NCBI GenBank assembly: GCA_965223505.1
Contig: CBDCWP010000039.1
Span: forward strand, 256,001 to 320,000
Direction: 5' to 3'
Source: Planctomycetota bacterium
GTDB lineage: Bacteria > Planctomycetota > PLA2 > JAEUHO01
DNA length: 64,000 nt
Under the pieces are notes generated by a model, which saw only the letters and a program-made list of their open reading frames with translations, was not told the DNA's origin and did not search any database. Numbering within the stretch: position 1 is the stretch's first letter; every line of letters begins with the position of its first letter. Shown piece after piece: positions 42,113-52,269 of the stretch. A program made the translations under genes and the position numbers.

Positions 42113-43705
42113 ATGGCACGCTATCAGCGACACGAGCACGAGTACGCCTTCACCCAGCAGGGCGACTTCAACGATCAGCTCTACATGGCTCTGCGCAAGA
42201 GCCCCTGGTGGATGATCTCGATCGCCGTCCACGTCTTCATCTTCGTCATCGCCAGCCTCATCAGCACGGCGAAGCCGCTCGAGAAGAAGCCCCCGGCCTT
42301 CAAGGCCGTGGTCTCCGACGAGGAGATCCCGGAAGACCTCGAGGAGACGCCGGAAGACACCGAAGAAGTGCACGAGAAGGAAGTGGTCACCGAAGAGCCG
42401 GTGATCAAGGACGAAGAGATCGACGATCACGTCGAGACGGACAACGACCTTCCGTTCCAGGAGAGCCTGGGCGAGCAGGGTCTGTCGGATGCGCCGTTCG
42501 AAGGACCTGCGAACAACGGCACGATCGGTATCGGCGGCGGTGCCGGTGGTGCGTTCGGCGGTCGCGGCGGTAGCGCGGACAAGACGCCCGGCGGCGGCGG
42601 CAAGAAGCGTCAGGACGCGGTGATGGACGCGCTCAAGTGGCTCAAGGCGCACCAGTCCAGCAACGGCGGTTGGGAAGCGGCCGGTTTCAACAACTGGTGT
42701 GACGGCAAGCCCACGACGCAGACGAAGCCCGACGGTCTCGGCAAGGCCATGTACGACCCGGGTGTCACCGGCCTCGCGCTGTGTGCGTTCCTGGGCGCCG
42801 GGTACACGAACCGCGGCAAGCACCCCTTCAAGAACACCGTTTCGAAGGGCCTGCGCTACCTGAAGAACATCCAGGACCCGGAGGGCTGCTTCGGCGCCCG
42901 CAGCGGTCCGAACTACATCTACAACCACGCGACGGCGTCGCTGGCGATGGTGGAAGCGTACGGCATGACAGAGAGCCCGATCTTCAAGGGCTCGGCGCAG
43001 CGTTGTCTGCAGTTCATCGGCTTGTCGCGCAACCCGTACTTCGCGTGGCGCTACGGCGTGAAGCCCGGCGACAACGACAGCTCGGTGACGGGCTGGATGA
43101 TGATGGCGATCAAGAGCGCGAAGATCATCAACGCGGACGCGCTGCGCCGCGGCAAGCAGGCGCCGCTGGCGGTCGACGACAACGCGTTCGACGGCATCCG
43201 CGCCTGGCTCGACAAGATGACGGACCCGGACTACGGCCGTGTCGGCTACATCCAGCGTGGTAGCGGCCCGGCCCGACCGAAGGAGCTGGTGGACCGTTTC
43301 CCGGCCGAGAAGTCCGAGTCGATGACGGCCGTGGGTGTGCTGGCGCGCATCTTCATGGGCGACGACCCGCGCAAGGACAAGGTCATCCAGCAGGGTGCCG
43401 ACCTCCTGGCGAAGCTGCCTCCGACCTGGAACCCGAGCGACGGTTCGATCGACATGTACTACTGGTACTACGGCGCGCTCGGCATCCACCAGGTGGGCGG
43501 CAAGCACTGGAAGATCTGGAAGGAAGCGATGGACAAGGCCATCGTCGAGACGCAGCGCAAGGACACGACCTACTGCGTCTACAAGGGCTCGTGGGACCCG
43601 ATCGGTCCGTGGGGTCCGGACGGCGGCCGTGTGTACTCGACGGCCGTGCTCGCCATGTGCCTCGAGGTCTACTACCGCTACGACCGCGTGTTCGGCGCCA
43701 AGTAG
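42113..43705 (+). CDS. prenyltransferase/squalene-oxidase repeat protein
   Basis: N-terminal TM (SIAVH), acidic linker, LKWLKAHQSSNGGW, YYWYYG, KGSWDP, GGRVYSTA. Confidence 0.85.
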   Translation: MARYQRHEHEYAFTQQGDFNDQLYMALRKSPWWMISIAVHVFIFVIASLISTAKPLEKKPPAFKAVVSDEEIPEDLEETPEDTEEVHEKEVVTEEPVIKDEEIDDHVETDNDLPFQESLGEQGLSDAPFEGPANNGTIGIGGGAGGAFGGRGGSADKTPGGGGKKRQDAVMDALKWLKAHQSSNGGWEAAGFNNWCDGKPTTQTKPDGLGKAMYDPGVTGLALCAFLGAGYTNRGKHPFKNTVSKGLRYLKNIQDPEGCFGARSGPNYIYNHATASLAMVEAYGMTESPIFKGSAQRCLQFIGLSRNPYFAWRYGVKPGDNDSSVTGWMMMAIKSAKIINADALRRGKQAPLAVDDNAFDGIRAWLDKMTDPDYGRVGYIQRGSGPARPKELVDRFPAEKSESMTAVGVLARIFMGDDPRKDKVIQQGADLLAKLPPTWNPSDGSIDMYYWYYGALGIHQVGGKHWKIWKEAMDKAIVETQRKDTTYCVYKGSWDPIGPWGPDGGRVYSTAVLAMCLEVYYRYDRVFGAK

Positions 43706-43740
43706 ACGGGCATAGCCCGGCAACTTGCCAAACGACTTTC

Positions 43741-43768
43741 GAAGCGGGCGCCGATCGGCGCCCGCTTC
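43741..43768. terminator. perfect palindrome between convergent genes
   Basis: GAAGCGGGCGCCGATCGGCGCCCGCTTC. Confidence 0.55.
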
Positions 43769-43877
43769 TGCAATTGGGATCCGCCGCGGCTGGCACACGA
43801 ACATCCAGAGCATCCCGAGACAGATGATCGGGATCACGAGCGCGGGCAAGACCGCGTCGGTGGCGGGAGTTCGTGTT

Positions 43878-44243
43878 TCAGCGGAAGCGCTGGATGAGTC
43901 GTTCGAGCATTTGGCAGACGCGGGCGGCGAGGTGGAGTGCCGACAGTACGGCGTCGGGGGACGCGAGGCGTCGGATCTCGATGAGTTCGAGGGCGGCGGC
44001 GCATTCGGTGCACTCGGCTTGGGCGATGCCGTAGCGATGGGCTTTTTCGCGGGGACTGTGTTTTGCGGCGCCTTCGCCGATGTTGAGCAGGGTGGACTCG
44101 GAGGCGCGGCGCAGCTGGTCGGCGAGCTTGGCGCGCCCCCGTGGCATGTGGTCGGCGATATCGCCTGCTTCGATGGCGAAGCGTTGGGCGATGCGGTGAA
44201 CATCGAGTCGATGGAAGGCGAAGGTGGGGCGGTTATCGGTCAT
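43878..44243 (-). CDS. four-helix-bundle protein (23S rRNA IVP/Avd-like family)
   Basis: FHRLDV, LADQLRRASESTLLNIGEG motif. Confidence 0.85.
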   Translation of the reverse strand: MTDNRPTFAFHRLDVHRIAQRFAIEAGDIADHMPRGRAKLADQLRRASESTLLNIGEGAAKHSPREKAHRYGIAQAECTECAAALELIEIRRLASPDAVLSALHLAARVCQMLERLIQRFR

Positions 44244-44370
44244 GTGGCTGTCTCCGGTTGATCGTTCCTGCGCGACGGAGGTGCCGCGCGTAGCCTGTTG
44301 GCGGTGCCTCCGTCGCGCGGGGCGACGGATGGAAGTCGCTTTCGGGCCGTGGCCCCGGCCGCGCCCTTGC

Positions 44371-44530
44371 CCCCGATACCGACGCCGATACAGGCTTTGA
44401 GCCCGACCCGGACCCCGTCCCGAATCCGAACCCGATACCGACCCCGAACCCGTTCCCGCCCCTGATTCCGACCCCGAACCCGACCCCGATACCGCCTCCG
44501 ACCCCGATACCGACCCCGAACCCGATTCCG
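44371..44530. repeat. long degenerate (CCCGAN)n hexamer tract
   Basis: Direct reading; upstream of the four-helix-bundle gene. Confidence 0.9.
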
Positions 44531-44624
44531 CTGATCGACCAGCGGCCCCCGGTCAGGGCCCCTGAATCCGCTCCTCCCCCCGCACCACGTTGATGGCTCC
44601 CTACGGTTCGGGTACCAAGGCAGC

Positions 44625-45812
44625 ATGACGATCAGCCGTGCAGTCATGGAGGCCATGCAAGGCGCCTCGTGGATCCGCCGCATGTTCGAAGAGGGCATTC
44701 GGTTGAAGAAGGAGCTCGGGGCCGAGAACGTCGCCGATCTCTCCCTCGGCAATCCCGTCATGGAACCTCCGGCGGCCGTCACCGCGCGCCTGCGCGACCT
44801 CGCCACGGACGACACCGCCGGCACGCACCGCTACATGCCGAACGCCGGGTTCCCGTCCACCCGCGGCGCGATCGCCGCGTATCTCGCGGGCAAGGCGGGC
44901 GTTCCTTACACCGGGGAACACGTGGTCATGTCCGTCGGCGCCGGCGGCGGGCTCAACGTCATCTTCAAGGCTTTGCTCGACCCCGGCGACGAGGTCATCT
45001 GCCTCGCGCCCTATTTCGTCGAGTATCGCTTCTACATCACCAATCACGGCGGCCACATGGTCCTGCTCCAGACCAACGAGCAGTTCCGTTTCGACCTCGA
45101 CGCCATCGAGAACGCCATCACGCCAAAGACTCGCGCCCTCGTCGTCAACGCGCCCAACAACCCGACGGGCGTCGTCTATCCCGCCGAGGACTACGACGCG
45201 CTCGCCGACGTCCTCACACGCGCATCCGAGCGCTTCGGCCGTCCCATCTACCTCGTCTCGGACGAGCCGTACCGCGCGATCGTCTACGACGGCGTCGACG
45301 TGCCGTGGCCCGTCAACCACTATCGCGACACGATCCACGTCACGTCGTTTTCGAAGGACCTCGCGATGCCGGGCGAGCGCATCGGTTACATCGCGGTCAA
45401 TCCCGCGAGCGAGGGCGACGGCGAGCTGGTCGGTGCGCTCACGTTCACGACGCGCACGCTCGGTTTCGTGAATGCCCCGGCGCTACAGCAGCGCTTGATC
45501 GAGGGTCTGCTCGACGTCACGGTCGACATGGAGGGCTACACGAACAAGCGCGCGCTCCTGTTGGGCGCGCTGGAGGCCGCCGGATACGAGGTGGTTCGGC
45601 CGGACGGCGCGTTTTACATGTTTCCCAAGGTGCCGCACGGTCTGGACGACGTGGAGTTCGTACGCGCCTGCCTCGCGGAGCGGTTGCTGGTGGTGCCGGG
45701 TTCGGGCTTCGGGACGCCGGGCCATTTCCGGATCTCGTATGCGGTCACCGATCGCGACGTCGAGCTCGCCGTTGATGCGCTGAAGCGCGTTGCCGAGAAG
45801 GTGGCGGTGTAG
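44625..45812 (+). CDS. PLP-dependent class I aminotransferase (aspartate aminotransferase-like)
   Basis: PNNPTG, SDEPY, SFSKDLAMPGERIGY. Confidence 0.92.
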   Translation: MTISRAVMEAMQGASWIRRMFEEGIRLKKELGAENVADLSLGNPVMEPPAAVTARLRDLATDDTAGTHRYMPNAGFPSTRGAIAAYLAGKAGVPYTGEHVVMSVGAGGGLNVIFKALLDPGDEVICLAPYFVEYRFYITNHGGHMVLLQTNEQFRFDLDAIENAITPKTRALVVNAPNNPTGVVYPAEDYDALADVLTRASERFGRPIYLVSDEPYRAIVYDGVDVPWPVNHYRDTIHVTSFSKDLAMPGERIGYIAVNPASEGDGELVGALTFTTRTLGFVNAPALQQRLIEGLLDVTVDMEGYTNKRALLLGALEAAGYEVVRPDGAFYMFPKVPHGLDDVEFVRACLAERLLVVPGSGFGTPGHFRISYAVTDRDVELAVDALKRVAEKVAV

Positions 45813-46181
45813 GGGCAGCCCTTGTGGCTGCCCAAGGTGAACCGCCGATTGGGCGACCATGAAGGGTCGCCCCTACGTCTCAGTGCTGAGCACGTTCGTT
45901 CGCCGGCCCCGACGGGCATCTGATCCTGGTGTCGTGCACGATCACGTGCGCGTGGTTCGGATCCGACCCCGACCCCGACCCCGATCCCGACCCCGATGCC
46001 GATCCTGATCCCGGACCCCGACCCCGATCCCGACCCCGATGCCGATCCTGATCCCGGACCCCGACCCCGATCCCGACGATCCCGAACCCGAACCCCGGAT
46101 CCGGCGCGTACGTACGGACAGCCCTCGTGGCTTCCCAATGTGGCACGCGCCTGATGCGCGACCACGAGGGGTCGCCCCTAC
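45809..46181. repeat. GTAG REP pair plus (CCCGAC/T)n tract and further REPs
   Basis: REPs at 45809-45833, 45851-45876 and about 46157-46181; hexamers at about 45961-46100. Confidence 0.9.
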
Positions 46182-46194
46182 ATCAATCCCGTCG

Positions 46195-46452
46195 CTAGCC
46201 GTTGACCAGCTTGGTCAGATTGCTCTTCTGGTTGGCCGCGTTGTTGTCGTGAATGATGTTGGCCTTCGCACACTTGTCGATGGCCTGGTAGGCGTCGGTC
46301 AGCAGCGCTTGGGCCTGCGCCTTGTCACCGGCCTCGACCGCCTCGCGGACCTTGCGAACGGCGGTGCGCATGTTGGAGCGCTTGGTCTTGTTGGCAAGCG
46401 TGCGCACCTCGGTCTGGCGGACACGCTTCTTGGCGGACTCGGTGTTCGGCAT
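46195..46452 (-). CDS. rpsT: 30S ribosomal protein S20
   Basis: MPNTESAKKRVRQ...IDK..KANIIHDNNAA. Confidence 0.95.
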   Translation of the reverse strand: MPNTESAKKRVRQTEVRTLANKTKRSNMRTAVRKVREAVEAGDKAQAQALLTDAYQAIDKCAKANIIHDNNAANQKSNLTKLVNG

Positions 46453-46584
46453 CGTCTCTCTCTCGCTCTTGGCGCCCCGGGCGGGCGCAAGCCGCAGATT
46501 TTGCCCCGATCAGCCGGGACGGACGCGGTTTTCCCGAAAGCGAGGGGGCCAGCCTGATTCGCCGGCGGCCCCATGGGCGCGGCG

Positions 46585-47931
46585 CTACGCGGAAGCGGAG
46601 AGCTTCTCCAGGCGGTTCAAGGCGTCCTTGAAGCCCGCGTCGGCCTCCACGATGCGCTCGAAGATGTCACGGGCCCGATCCAGCTCGCCCTTGCGCTCCA
46701 GCAGGTCGGCCAGCTCGTAGTTGACCTCCTTGGACCGGGGGCTGGCCAGCGTCGGGAAGTCCTTCGCGGCCTCCTCGACCTTCTTGACGGCCAGGCTGAT
46801 GATGCCCTTCTTCTCGAAGCACTTGGCCTGGAACCGCAAGCTCTCGGTCTTCCGGTTCGGGTCGTTCACCGTCTGCTGGAATTCCTGCAGCGCCTCGTCG
46901 GTCTTGCCTGCTTCGAAGAGCCAGCGGCCTAGGGTGAACCGTGCCGCGAGGTCCAGAGGGTGCGCCTTCACCCGCCTCCGGTGCTCGGCCAGGTTCGCCT
47001 CGACGAGCGCCTCGCGCGCGGCGTGCAGCGCCGACTTCAGCCCCTCGTCGTCGGGGGCCTCGTCGGCGGCCTGCTTGGCCGCCTTGTATGCCCCGGTGAC
47101 GTCGCGCAGCTCGAGATCGCCGACGCGCACGGACAGGTCGTAGTTTTCGGGATCGATCTTCAGCGCGGCCTTGAGCGCTTCCAGCGCTTCGGCTTCGTTG
47201 CCGCGATTGAGCTCGAGGTCCGCGAGCCGCACCTGCTTGCGCGCGTCGTTCGGGTTCTCCGCCAGCTCCGCGCGCAGCTTGTCGATCTCCGTCGCGGCGT
47301 GCTCGGGCGTGAGCTGCAGACGCACCTCCGTCTCGAGATCCTGCGCGACCTTCTCGTCCTTGATGAGGTCGCGGCTCGACTTGGCCGTCTCGTAGCCGGA
47401 CAGCTTGAGCGCGCCCTCGGCCGCGAGGTTCTTGCGCAGCTTCGACGCCTCCTGGTCCTTGGGATTGATCGACACGGCGCGCGAGAGTGCGTCGAGCGCC
47501 TCCGGAATGTCGCCGCGCCGGCCGAGTGCTTCGCCCAACCGCTTCCACGGCGTGCTGTCCGCCGGGTCGGCCTCGGCCGCGTGCTTGTAGGCTTCGGACG
47601 CGGCGTTCATGCAGCCGGCTTCGAGCGCCGCGTCGCCCAGCGCCATCAGGACGCCCTTGGCTTCGGGGTTCTTCGCCAATGCGCGAAACGCCGACGCCAT
47701 GCGCTTCTTGGGATTCTTGGACGAACCGACCGAGACCTTGGAGAGCATCCCACCGAACAGGCTCTTGCCCTTCGTCTCGCGCGCCTTCTTCGCCGCCTGG
47801 AAGAAGCCCTCGACGCCCGCCTTGTCGTCGGGCTCGAACTGAAGCAACTCGAGGTAGACCTCGACGGCGTAGTCGTAGCGCTTGCGCTTGAAGGCGTCCT
47901 TGGCCTTGTTCCTGAGGTCTGCAACACCCAT
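46585..47931 (-). CDS. tetratricopeptide repeat protein
   Basis: Multiple TPR-like helical repeats. Confidence 0.85.
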   Translation of the reverse strand: MGVADLRNKAKDAFKRKRYDYAVEVYLELLQFEPDDKAGVEGFFQAAKKARETKGKSLFGGMLSKVSVGSSKNPKKRMASAFRALAKNPEAKGVLMALGDAALEAGCMNAASEAYKHAAEADPADSTPWKRLGEALGRRGDIPEALDALSRAVSINPKDQEASKLRKNLAAEGALKLSGYETAKSSRDLIKDEKVAQDLETEVRLQLTPEHAATEIDKLRAELAENPNDARKQVRLADLELNRGNEAEALEALKAALKIDPENYDLSVRVGDLELRDVTGAYKAAKQAADEAPDDEGLKSALHAAREALVEANLAEHRRRVKAHPLDLAARFTLGRWLFEAGKTDEALQEFQQTVNDPNRKTESLRFQAKCFEKKGIISLAVKKVEEAAKDFPTLASPRSKEVNYELADLLERKGELDRARDIFERIVEADAGFKDALNRLEKLSASA

Positions 47932-48045
47932 GTGGATGGCTCCATCGGCTGCGAGGGGAGGAAGATGGTAGTTGAGCGCCGCCCTGCGGTCCATGCGGAC
48001 GCGCCCCGAGGGGGGCCGTCCTGAGGGCGCTGGTATCATCCTGGC

Positions 48046-48552
48046 ATGAAGTTGGACATCGTGCTTTGGCCCGATCCCGTGCTCCTGGAAGGCACGTTAC
48101 CGGTCACCGAGGTGGACGACGAGCTCCGCCAGGTCGTGGGGGAGATGCGTCGTGTGATGTTCGATCTCAAGGGCGTCGGCCTCGCCGCGCCGCAGGTCGG
48201 CGTGAGAAAACGTCTCATGCTCGTCTGTGAGACCGGCAAGCCCGGCGACGAGGTCGTCGTGATCAACCCGCGCATCGTCGAGAAGGTCGGCAGCGAGCTC
48301 GGCGACGAAGGCTGCCTCTCGTTCCCCGAGATCTACGGCACGGTGCGACGTGCCGTTCGGATCCTCGTGCACTATCAGGACCTCGATCTGCGCAACCGCG
48401 AGATGCATCTCGAAGGATTCGTCGCGCGCATCTTCCAACACGAGATGGATCACCTCGACGGCAAGGTCTTCATCGACAAGATGGAGCCCGCATCGCGCGC
48501 GAAGATCGAGGATCGCCTGGAGGAACTGCGAAACCAGTTCGCAGCGACGTAG
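48046..48552 (+). CDS. def: peptide deformylase
   Basis: GVGLAAPQ, EGCLS, QHEMDH. Confidence 0.97.
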   Translation: MKLDIVLWPDPVLLEGTLPVTEVDDELRQVVGEMRRVMFDLKGVGLAAPQVGVRKRLMLVCETGKPGDEVVVINPRIVEKVGSELGDEGCLSFPEIYGTVRRAVRILVHYQDLDLRNREMHLEGFVARIFQHEMDHLDGKVFIDKMEPASRAKIEDRLEELRNQFAAT

Positions 48553-48555
48553 GCC

Positions 48556-49491
48556 TTGGCCATCCGCCTCCATCAGGGCCGGGACGGACTCACGCCGTCG
48601 GCGTTTCGCAAGCCCGTCGTGACGATCGGCATGTTCGACGGCATCCACCGCGGACACCGGCACGTGCTCGAGCATCTGCGCTCGTTCGCCGACGGGCTCG
48701 ACGGCGAAGCGGTCGTGGTCACGTTCGACACGCACCCGATGGCCGTGATCGCCGACGCGCCGCCCCGGCGCATCCTCTCCGACCGGCACCGCATGCTGCT
48801 GATGGAGCGCCTCGGCGTCGACGCGATGGTGCTACTGCCGTTCGACGAGCCGACGCGCAATACGACCTACGACGACTTCGTGCGCGAGATCCTCGTCGAC
48901 GGCATCGGGATCGAGGGGCTGCTGTTCGGCTACAACAGCAACTTCGGCTTCGAGGGCAAGGGCACGCCCAACTCGGTCGCGCCGTTGGCGGCGGCGCACG
49001 GCTTCCAGGTCGTCGAAGCGCCGGCGATCTCACTCCATGGCCGGCCGATCTCGAGCAGTCGCATCCGGAATGCGATCGAGGACGGTGAGCTGGCGGTGGC
49101 CGCGGAGATGCTCGGTCGCCCACCGGCGTTGTACGGCGTCGTCGTCAAGGGCGACGGACGCGGCCGGACGTTGGGCTTTCCGACGGCCAACGTCGATCTC
49201 GAGGGCGAGCTCATGCCGCCGTCGGGTGTGTACCAGGTGATTGCCGACGTTCGCGGTCAGCGCTACGCCGCGGTTGCCAACATCGGTGTTCGGCCGACGT
49301 TCGATCCGGACGGCAACGCGGGGCCGTCGACGCCGGTGCTCGAGGTGCACATACCCAATCTGGACTTCGAGTTCTACGACGAGCGGATCGAGGTGGAGCT
49401 GGTGCGGAAGATCCGCGACGAGCGCAAATTCCCGTCGAAGGAGGCGTTGGTGGCGCAGATCGAGGAGGACGTGGCGTCGTTGGGCCTGTGA
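48556..49491 (+). CDS. ribF: bifunctional riboflavin kinase/FAD synthetase
   Basis: GMFDGIHRGH, ISSSRIR, GRTLGFPTAN, IRDERKF. Confidence 0.96.
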   Translation: MAIRLHQGRDGLTPSAFRKPVVTIGMFDGIHRGHRHVLEHLRSFADGLDGEAVVVTFDTHPMAVIADAPPRRILSDRHRMLLMERLGVDAMVLLPFDEPTRNTTYDDFVREILVDGIGIEGLLFGYNSNFGFEGKGTPNSVAPLAAAHGFQVVEAPAISLHGRPISSSRIRNAIEDGELAVAAEMLGRPPALYGVVVKGDGRGRTLGFPTANVDLEGELMPPSGVYQVIADVRGQRYAAVANIGVRPTFDPDGNAGPSTPVLEVHIPNLDFEFYDERIEVELVRKIRDERKFPSKEALVAQIEEDVASLGL

Positions 49492-49576
49492 GGTCCGATC
49501 GCCCCGAACGACGGCGCGAAAATCCCTTGCCGGGCCCCAGTCTCCGGGTTCCCATCCTTCCCGACAGTCGCAGCGT

Positions 49577-49652
49577 GGCCAGATAGCTCAGCTGGTAGAG
49601 CACCTGACTGAAAATCAGGGGGTCGGCGATTCGAGTTCGCCTCTGGCCACCA
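49577..49652 (+). tRNA. tRNA-Phe (GAA)
   Basis: 76-nt cloverleaf GGCCAGA...TCTGGCC-ACCA; anticodon loop CTGAAAA. Confidence 0.97.
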
Positions 49653-49751
49653 TTTACTAGCCGTTTGCGGATGATTCGGCCTTCTAGCCGAACCCACTGC
49701 CCTCACATTTGCCCTCACAATCGGCGTTTCCTGTGTACGATCCGGGCCGTC

Positions 49752-50780
49752 GTGGCAACCGTGAAGATCCGTCGCCGAGGCAAGCGCGGGGTGTTTCACC
49801 TCGAATGGAGGTACGGCGGACGCGGAAGTCGATGGGGATCAAAGTCCCTAAAGACGACCGATCCGACGATTGCGGAGCAGCTCAAGCAGGACTTCATCGA
49901 GAGCCTGCCTCCGAGCATGACGGGGATGAAGCCGGCCGAGGCCCTTGACGGGTTCCTGGACCATCTGACGTTCCTCAAGCGCCGGCCCAGGACCATCGAG
50001 TTCTACGAGGGCCTCCTCCGCCCTCTGTTCGACCGCTGGGGCACGACGCCGCTTCAGAAGTGGACCAGGGCACGCCTGGGGGCCTACGTGCGCCGGCGCA
50101 CGAACTGGTCGGCTCGGACGACGCAGATGTTCCTGAACGCCTGCAGGTACTTCTATCGGTGGTGTGAGGACGAGGGGATCCGCTGCGCGGACTTCGTCGG
50201 GCGCCTCAAGGGGCCGCCTGTTCGTCGGGCAGAGCGACAGACGCTCACCGCCGAGCAGATCCAAGACCTCCTGGAGCACTGCCACGGGCACTACCTCGAG
50301 TTGCCGATCGCGCTGGCGGCCTACGCGGGCCTGTCCAGAGCAGACATTCGTTCGCTCAAATGGTCGCACGTCGATCTCAAGGCCGGCCGAATCGCGAAGC
50401 CGCGCTCGAAGACGCGGACCAAGATCCGCACGCCGATCATTCCTCAGTTGCTGAAGATCCTGAGCCGGCGACGGGCGCTGTCCGGTCCGGTCTGCAGGGA
50501 CCTCCCTGCATCCGACTCGTCGCTGCTCAAGGCGCTGCATCGGCAGCTCGCGGCCTCCGGCATTCCGCCGGCACCACGCGGGCACAATGGCTGGCACCGG
50601 TTCCGGCACTCCGTGGCGACAATTCTCGGGCAGCTCCGCGTTCCTATTCCTGTGATAGGGCTGATTCTGAGCCACACACCGGGGAGCACAGTCACGCTCG
50701 AGTATGTCCATGCCGACGAGGGCCAGGTCCGCGACGCGATGGAGGCGTACTCGAACGAACTTCGGCGCGTCGCAACCTGA
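49752..50780 (+). CDS. tyrosine recombinase/integrase
   Basis: HRFRH, LSH, TLEYVH box II; box I reads GLSRAD; GTG start inferred. Confidence 0.9.
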   Translation: MATVKIRRRGKRGVFHLEWRYGGRGSRWGSKSLKTTDPTIAEQLKQDFIESLPPSMTGMKPAEALDGFLDHLTFLKRRPRTIEFYEGLLRPLFDRWGTTPLQKWTRARLGAYVRRRTNWSARTTQMFLNACRYFYRWCEDEGIRCADFVGRLKGPPVRRAERQTLTAEQIQDLLEHCHGHYLELPIALAAYAGLSRADIRSLKWSHVDLKAGRIAKPRSKTRTKIRTPIIPQLLKILSRRRALSGPVCRDLPASDSSLLKALHRQLAASGIPPAPRGHNGWHRFRHSVATILGQLRVPIPVIGLILSHTPGSTVTLEYVHADEGQVRDAMEAYSNELRRVAT

Positions 50781-51235
50781 CGATTGAGCGGCAGCTTTCG
50801 ACGACCGTCTTTCCCGCCGCCGTTCGTGGGCAGCCACGCCCCTGCTGAGTCCGGCGTGTGCTTTCGCAAGGCCACCGAATTTCCGGGTCCGTACCTATTC
50901 GTCCTCTCCTGATCGGTCAGATGGGATGTCACTTACTAGGGACCGCTCTGTTGTCGTTGCTCGAACGGCCGACTTGCGCTTGGTGCGTCAGCCGAAGAAC
51001 GCCCGGGGAACAGTTGTGCCCCCCGGGCGAGTGCGGGAAACCACCTGTCGAACGTTCGTTCTGGGGGATGTCCGAGGTAGTACCAGCGGCCACCTCTCAT
51101 CATAGGAGCGCGCGCGAGTACCACTACCGAGTCGAAGGCCACACATTGCGGATCGCATTCGTCCGGAAGTTCGACACCGCTCATGCGCTGATCGGTATTG
51201 CTTCGGTCGTCGTCGCTCATCGATACACTCGACTC

Positions 51236-51472
51236 GTCGCGCCAGTGGTCTCTCGAACTCGTTCGAGCTTCCCAGGTGTTTGTGTTGCAACTTCTCTTGG
51301 AGAAACGGCCGCTGGCGCGGCACTTGCTTAGGACTTCCATTCCGAATTCGCTGTTGACGAACCTACTGGACTGGCTAGGTTCGTAGTTGCAACACAAACA
51401 CCGCTTGTGGGGAGCAGAGACGTTCGAGGGGGACCAGGCTTCTCTTCGCGGCGCTTCTTCCGCCAGCGGCCA
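51236..51472 (+). ncRNA. candidate structured RNA/leader, copy 2
   Basis: Homologous to 11889-12132; 18-bp stem 51275-51292/51385-51402; 11-bp pairing 51307-51317/51461-51471. Confidence 0.6.
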
Positions 51473-51550
51473 AAAAGGGCACTCCTTGTGTCCATTAGAT
51501 GAACGACGCCGCGAATTCGCGCATCGGGTGCGTTGGAGGAGAACGACGCC

Positions 51551-51883
51551 ATGCTTGTTGGAACCACGATGTACAAGATGGACGGGACGCCGTACTACAG
51601 TCCCGAGTTCCCCCGGGGAGGTCTTGCGGCGACGTTTGCCGTTGACGTGACCCAGATCGCCGGCACTCCGTCGGTTGTAATCACTGTCGCGCATCGAAAC
51701 GCCGAAGACACGTCGTTCACAGACGCGGGTGCGTTCTCAGCGATCACTGCCGCGGGCGACTACCAAAAGGACCTAACTGGTCTCAAGGAGATCGTTCGCT
51801 TCCGATACGACTTTGATGCCAGCGACAACGCGTCGGACGGGATGCACTTCCTTATGCAGGCGCCCAGCTGGCGTCCGTACTAG
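51551..51883 (+). CDS. small beta-rich protein, family B paralog 1
   Basis: GGAGGAG RBS; YYSPEFPRGGLAATF...GLKEIVR...QAPSWRPY. Confidence 0.85.
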   Translation: MLVGTTMYKMDGTPYYSPEFPRGGLAATFAVDVTQIAGTPSVVITVAHRNAEDTSFTDAGAFSAITAAGDYQKDLTGLKEIVRFRYDFDASDNASDGMHFLMQAPSWRPY

Positions 51884-51908
51884 CAGCTTCCAAGAAGGGA
51901 GATGACCC

Positions 51909-52244
51909 ATGATTGTGGGCACCACGATTCAGCGCCTTGACGGCAATACGTACTACAGCCCTGAGTTTCCGAGGGGAGGACTGGCGGCGACGTTTGTCGT
52001 TGACGTGACGCAGTTGGTCCTGTCGAGCGGGTCGCTCAGCGTGATCGTTGAGCATCGCAATGAGGAGGATACGACTTGGTCGACGGCGGGCACCTTCACT
52101 GCCATCACGGCGGTGGGCGCAGCAAGTCTCGACGTGACGGGCCTGAAGGAGGTTGTTCGCCTAGCTTTCGGCTTCGTCACGACAACGACCACGACCGATG
52201 CTGCGCACTTGTTGGTCCAGGCTCCGAGTTGGAGGCCGTACTAG
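51909..52244 (+). CDS. small beta-rich protein, family B paralog 2
   Basis: Same motifs as 51551-51883. Confidence 0.85.
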   Translation: MIVGTTIQRLDGNTYYSPEFPRGGLAATFVVDVTQLVLSSGSLSVIVEHRNEEDTTWSTAGTFTAITAVGAASLDVTGLKEVVRLAFGFVTTTTTTDAAHLLVQAPSWRPY

Positions 52245-52269
52245 CCCAGGCGCGCTAGAGGAGGACCTA

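Noticed and set aside
43878..44243. diversity-generating retroelement (Avd)
   Set aside because: No reverse transcriptase and no TR/VR pair with adenine-specific mismatches seen.
51313..51327. sigma54 promoter TGGCGCGGCACTTGC for the island 2 cassette
   Set aside because: The -12 GC is not conserved in the island 1 copy; the conserved part is explained by base pairing.
50936..51694. 252-aa minus-strand ORF over the conserved element
   Set aside because: Overlaps a supported gene, and no matching ORF is conserved in the island 1 copy, so the conservation is non-coding.
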